From: Lysobacterales bacterium
Lineage (GTDB): Bacteria > Pseudomonadota > Gammaproteobacteria > Xanthomonadales > SZUA-38
NCBI GenBank assembly: GCA_033722075.1
Contig: JAWVZU010000002.1
Span: 3,266-67,265, forward strand
Direction of reading: 5' to 3'
DNA: 64,000 bases
Made by a program: the position numbers and the translations under genes. The notes under the pieces are model-generated. The model ran no database searches. It saw only the letters and a list, made by a program, of their open reading frames with translations, and was not told the DNA's origin. This document shows positions 63,179 through 64,000 of the stretch, piece after piece (the first letter of the stretch is position 1; every line of letters begins with the position of its first letter).

Positions 63179-64000
63179 TCATCTGTCAACCGGCTCGGTG
63201 TTCGCAAACAGCAGCGCGGTTATCTGCTCGGAGATCAGGCCGATGAGAAAAACCACGATTGAAACCAGGATCAGGACGGCCCCCATGTTGGTGAAACGGG
63301 ACAACATGGTCAGCGTGTAAGTCATGTAGCCGGCGCCGACGACGAAGAAAAACGCCGATATCGGCGCAAACAGCTTGAGTGGAGAATAGAGGGTCCCGAC
63401 TCGAAATATGATGAGCAGGAACTTCACCCCGTCCCGCAGCGGCCGGATGTGGCTCTCACCCTCGCGCTGCAGGGCGGTAATCGGCACGAAGCAGACCGAA
63501 CGCCCCCCTCGCAAGATCGCCATGGTGAGCGTCGTCGGGTAGGAAAAGCCGTTCGGCAGCAATGAGACATAGTTGCGAGCGACCTCCGCTCGCACCACGC
63601 GGTAGCCCGAGGTGAGGTCCGAGATCGGGGTTTCGGTTACCCAACTCGCGAGCCGGTTGTAGAACGCGTTGGCAAGCCGGCGGGCGATCGAGGCATGCCC
63701 CGCCGGCCCGCGCGAGCCGACCACCATGTCGAAGCCCTCGTCCAGTCGTTCGAGCAACCGGTGGATGTCCTCGGGACGGTGCTGCCCGTCGGCATCCATG
63801 AACATGACGTATTCGGACCGGGTTGCTCGCAGCCCCCTTTTGATTGCGGCGCCGTTCCCCATCGAGCGCGGGCTCGCAAGGCGCTCGACCCCATTGAGTG
63901 AACAAACTTCTGCAGTATTGTCCGTTGAGCCGTCGTCGACGACGAAGATGCGCGCGTCATCTGGTGCGTGTTCGCGAAGCGCCGGTAAAAGGGTCTCCAG
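63179..64000 (-). CDS. GT2 polyprenyl-phosphate glycosyltransferase (ArnC/GtrB-like), 5' end outside window
   Basis: The reading frame stays open to the window edge (LETLLPALREHAPDDARIFVVDDGSTDNTAEV...). MGNGAAIKRGL, FMDADGQH and two C-terminal TM helices are present. Confidence 0.85.
   Translation of the reverse strand: METLLPALREHAPDDARIFVVDDGSTDNTAEVCSLNGVERLASPRSMGNGAAIKRGLRATRSEYVMFMDADGQHRPEDIHRLLERLDEGFDMVVGSRGPAGHASIARRLANAFYNRLASWVTETPISDLTSGYRVVRAEVARNYVSLLPNGFSYPTTLTMAILRGGRSVCFVPITALQREGESHIRPLRDGVKFLLIIFRVGTLYSPLKLFAPISAFFFVVGAGYMTYTLTMLSRFTNMGAVLILVSIVVFLIGLISEQITALLFANTEPVDR

Overview
GC-rich gammaproteobacterial chromosome, read by eye on both strands. Most of it is conserved core, with three accessory glycan or secretion blocks.

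(1) 1-7097: the distal part of an xps-type type II secretion operon, gspH-I-J-K-L-M, a GspC/XpsN-like gene, and a lipoprotein secretin gspD. The genes are linked by overlapping stop/start codons. The gspL-like gene carries one in-frame TAG inside its predicted membrane helix.

(2) 7113-19111: accessory block. It holds a small lipoprotein and a monocistronic gene for a 525-aa secreted protein of unknown function that looks highly expressed. Next come a Cys-rich secreted protein, a double-parvulin SurA-like chaperone, and an ABC-transporter-dependent glycan locus. That locus has wzm, wzt, two GT2 genes, a methyltransferase, an orphan 600-aa GT-A-like protein and an epimerase.

(3) 19136-31714: core genes ettA, glyA, nrdR, ribD-ribE-ribB(X)-ribH, nusB, thiL, dolP-yraN-lpoA, rsmI and RNase P RNA.

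(4) 31722-36162: three genes (a sulfotransferase and two alkaline-phosphatase-superfamily lipoproteins) lie between rnpB and mraZ.

(5) 36278-52716: a compact dcw cluster with a recognisable Pmra promoter and MraZ boxes. The order is mraZ-rsmH-ftsL-ftsI-murE-murF-mraY-ftsW-murG-murC-ddl-ftsQ-ftsA-ftsZ-lpxC, and murD is absent.

(6) 52739-61809: a DUF721 gene, an M23 peptidase, secA, mutT, coaE and pilD-pilC-pilB.

(7) 62001-64000: a wecB-like epimerase and an ArnC/GtrB-like GT2 occupy the position where pilA usually sits.

I saw no tRNA, rRNA, CRISPR array, transposase or integrase. The best candidate for something undescribed is the 7.1-12 kb secreted-protein and chaperone module, between the secretin and the glycan exporter. 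All functional calls rest on motif and architecture recognition by eye, not on database searches.
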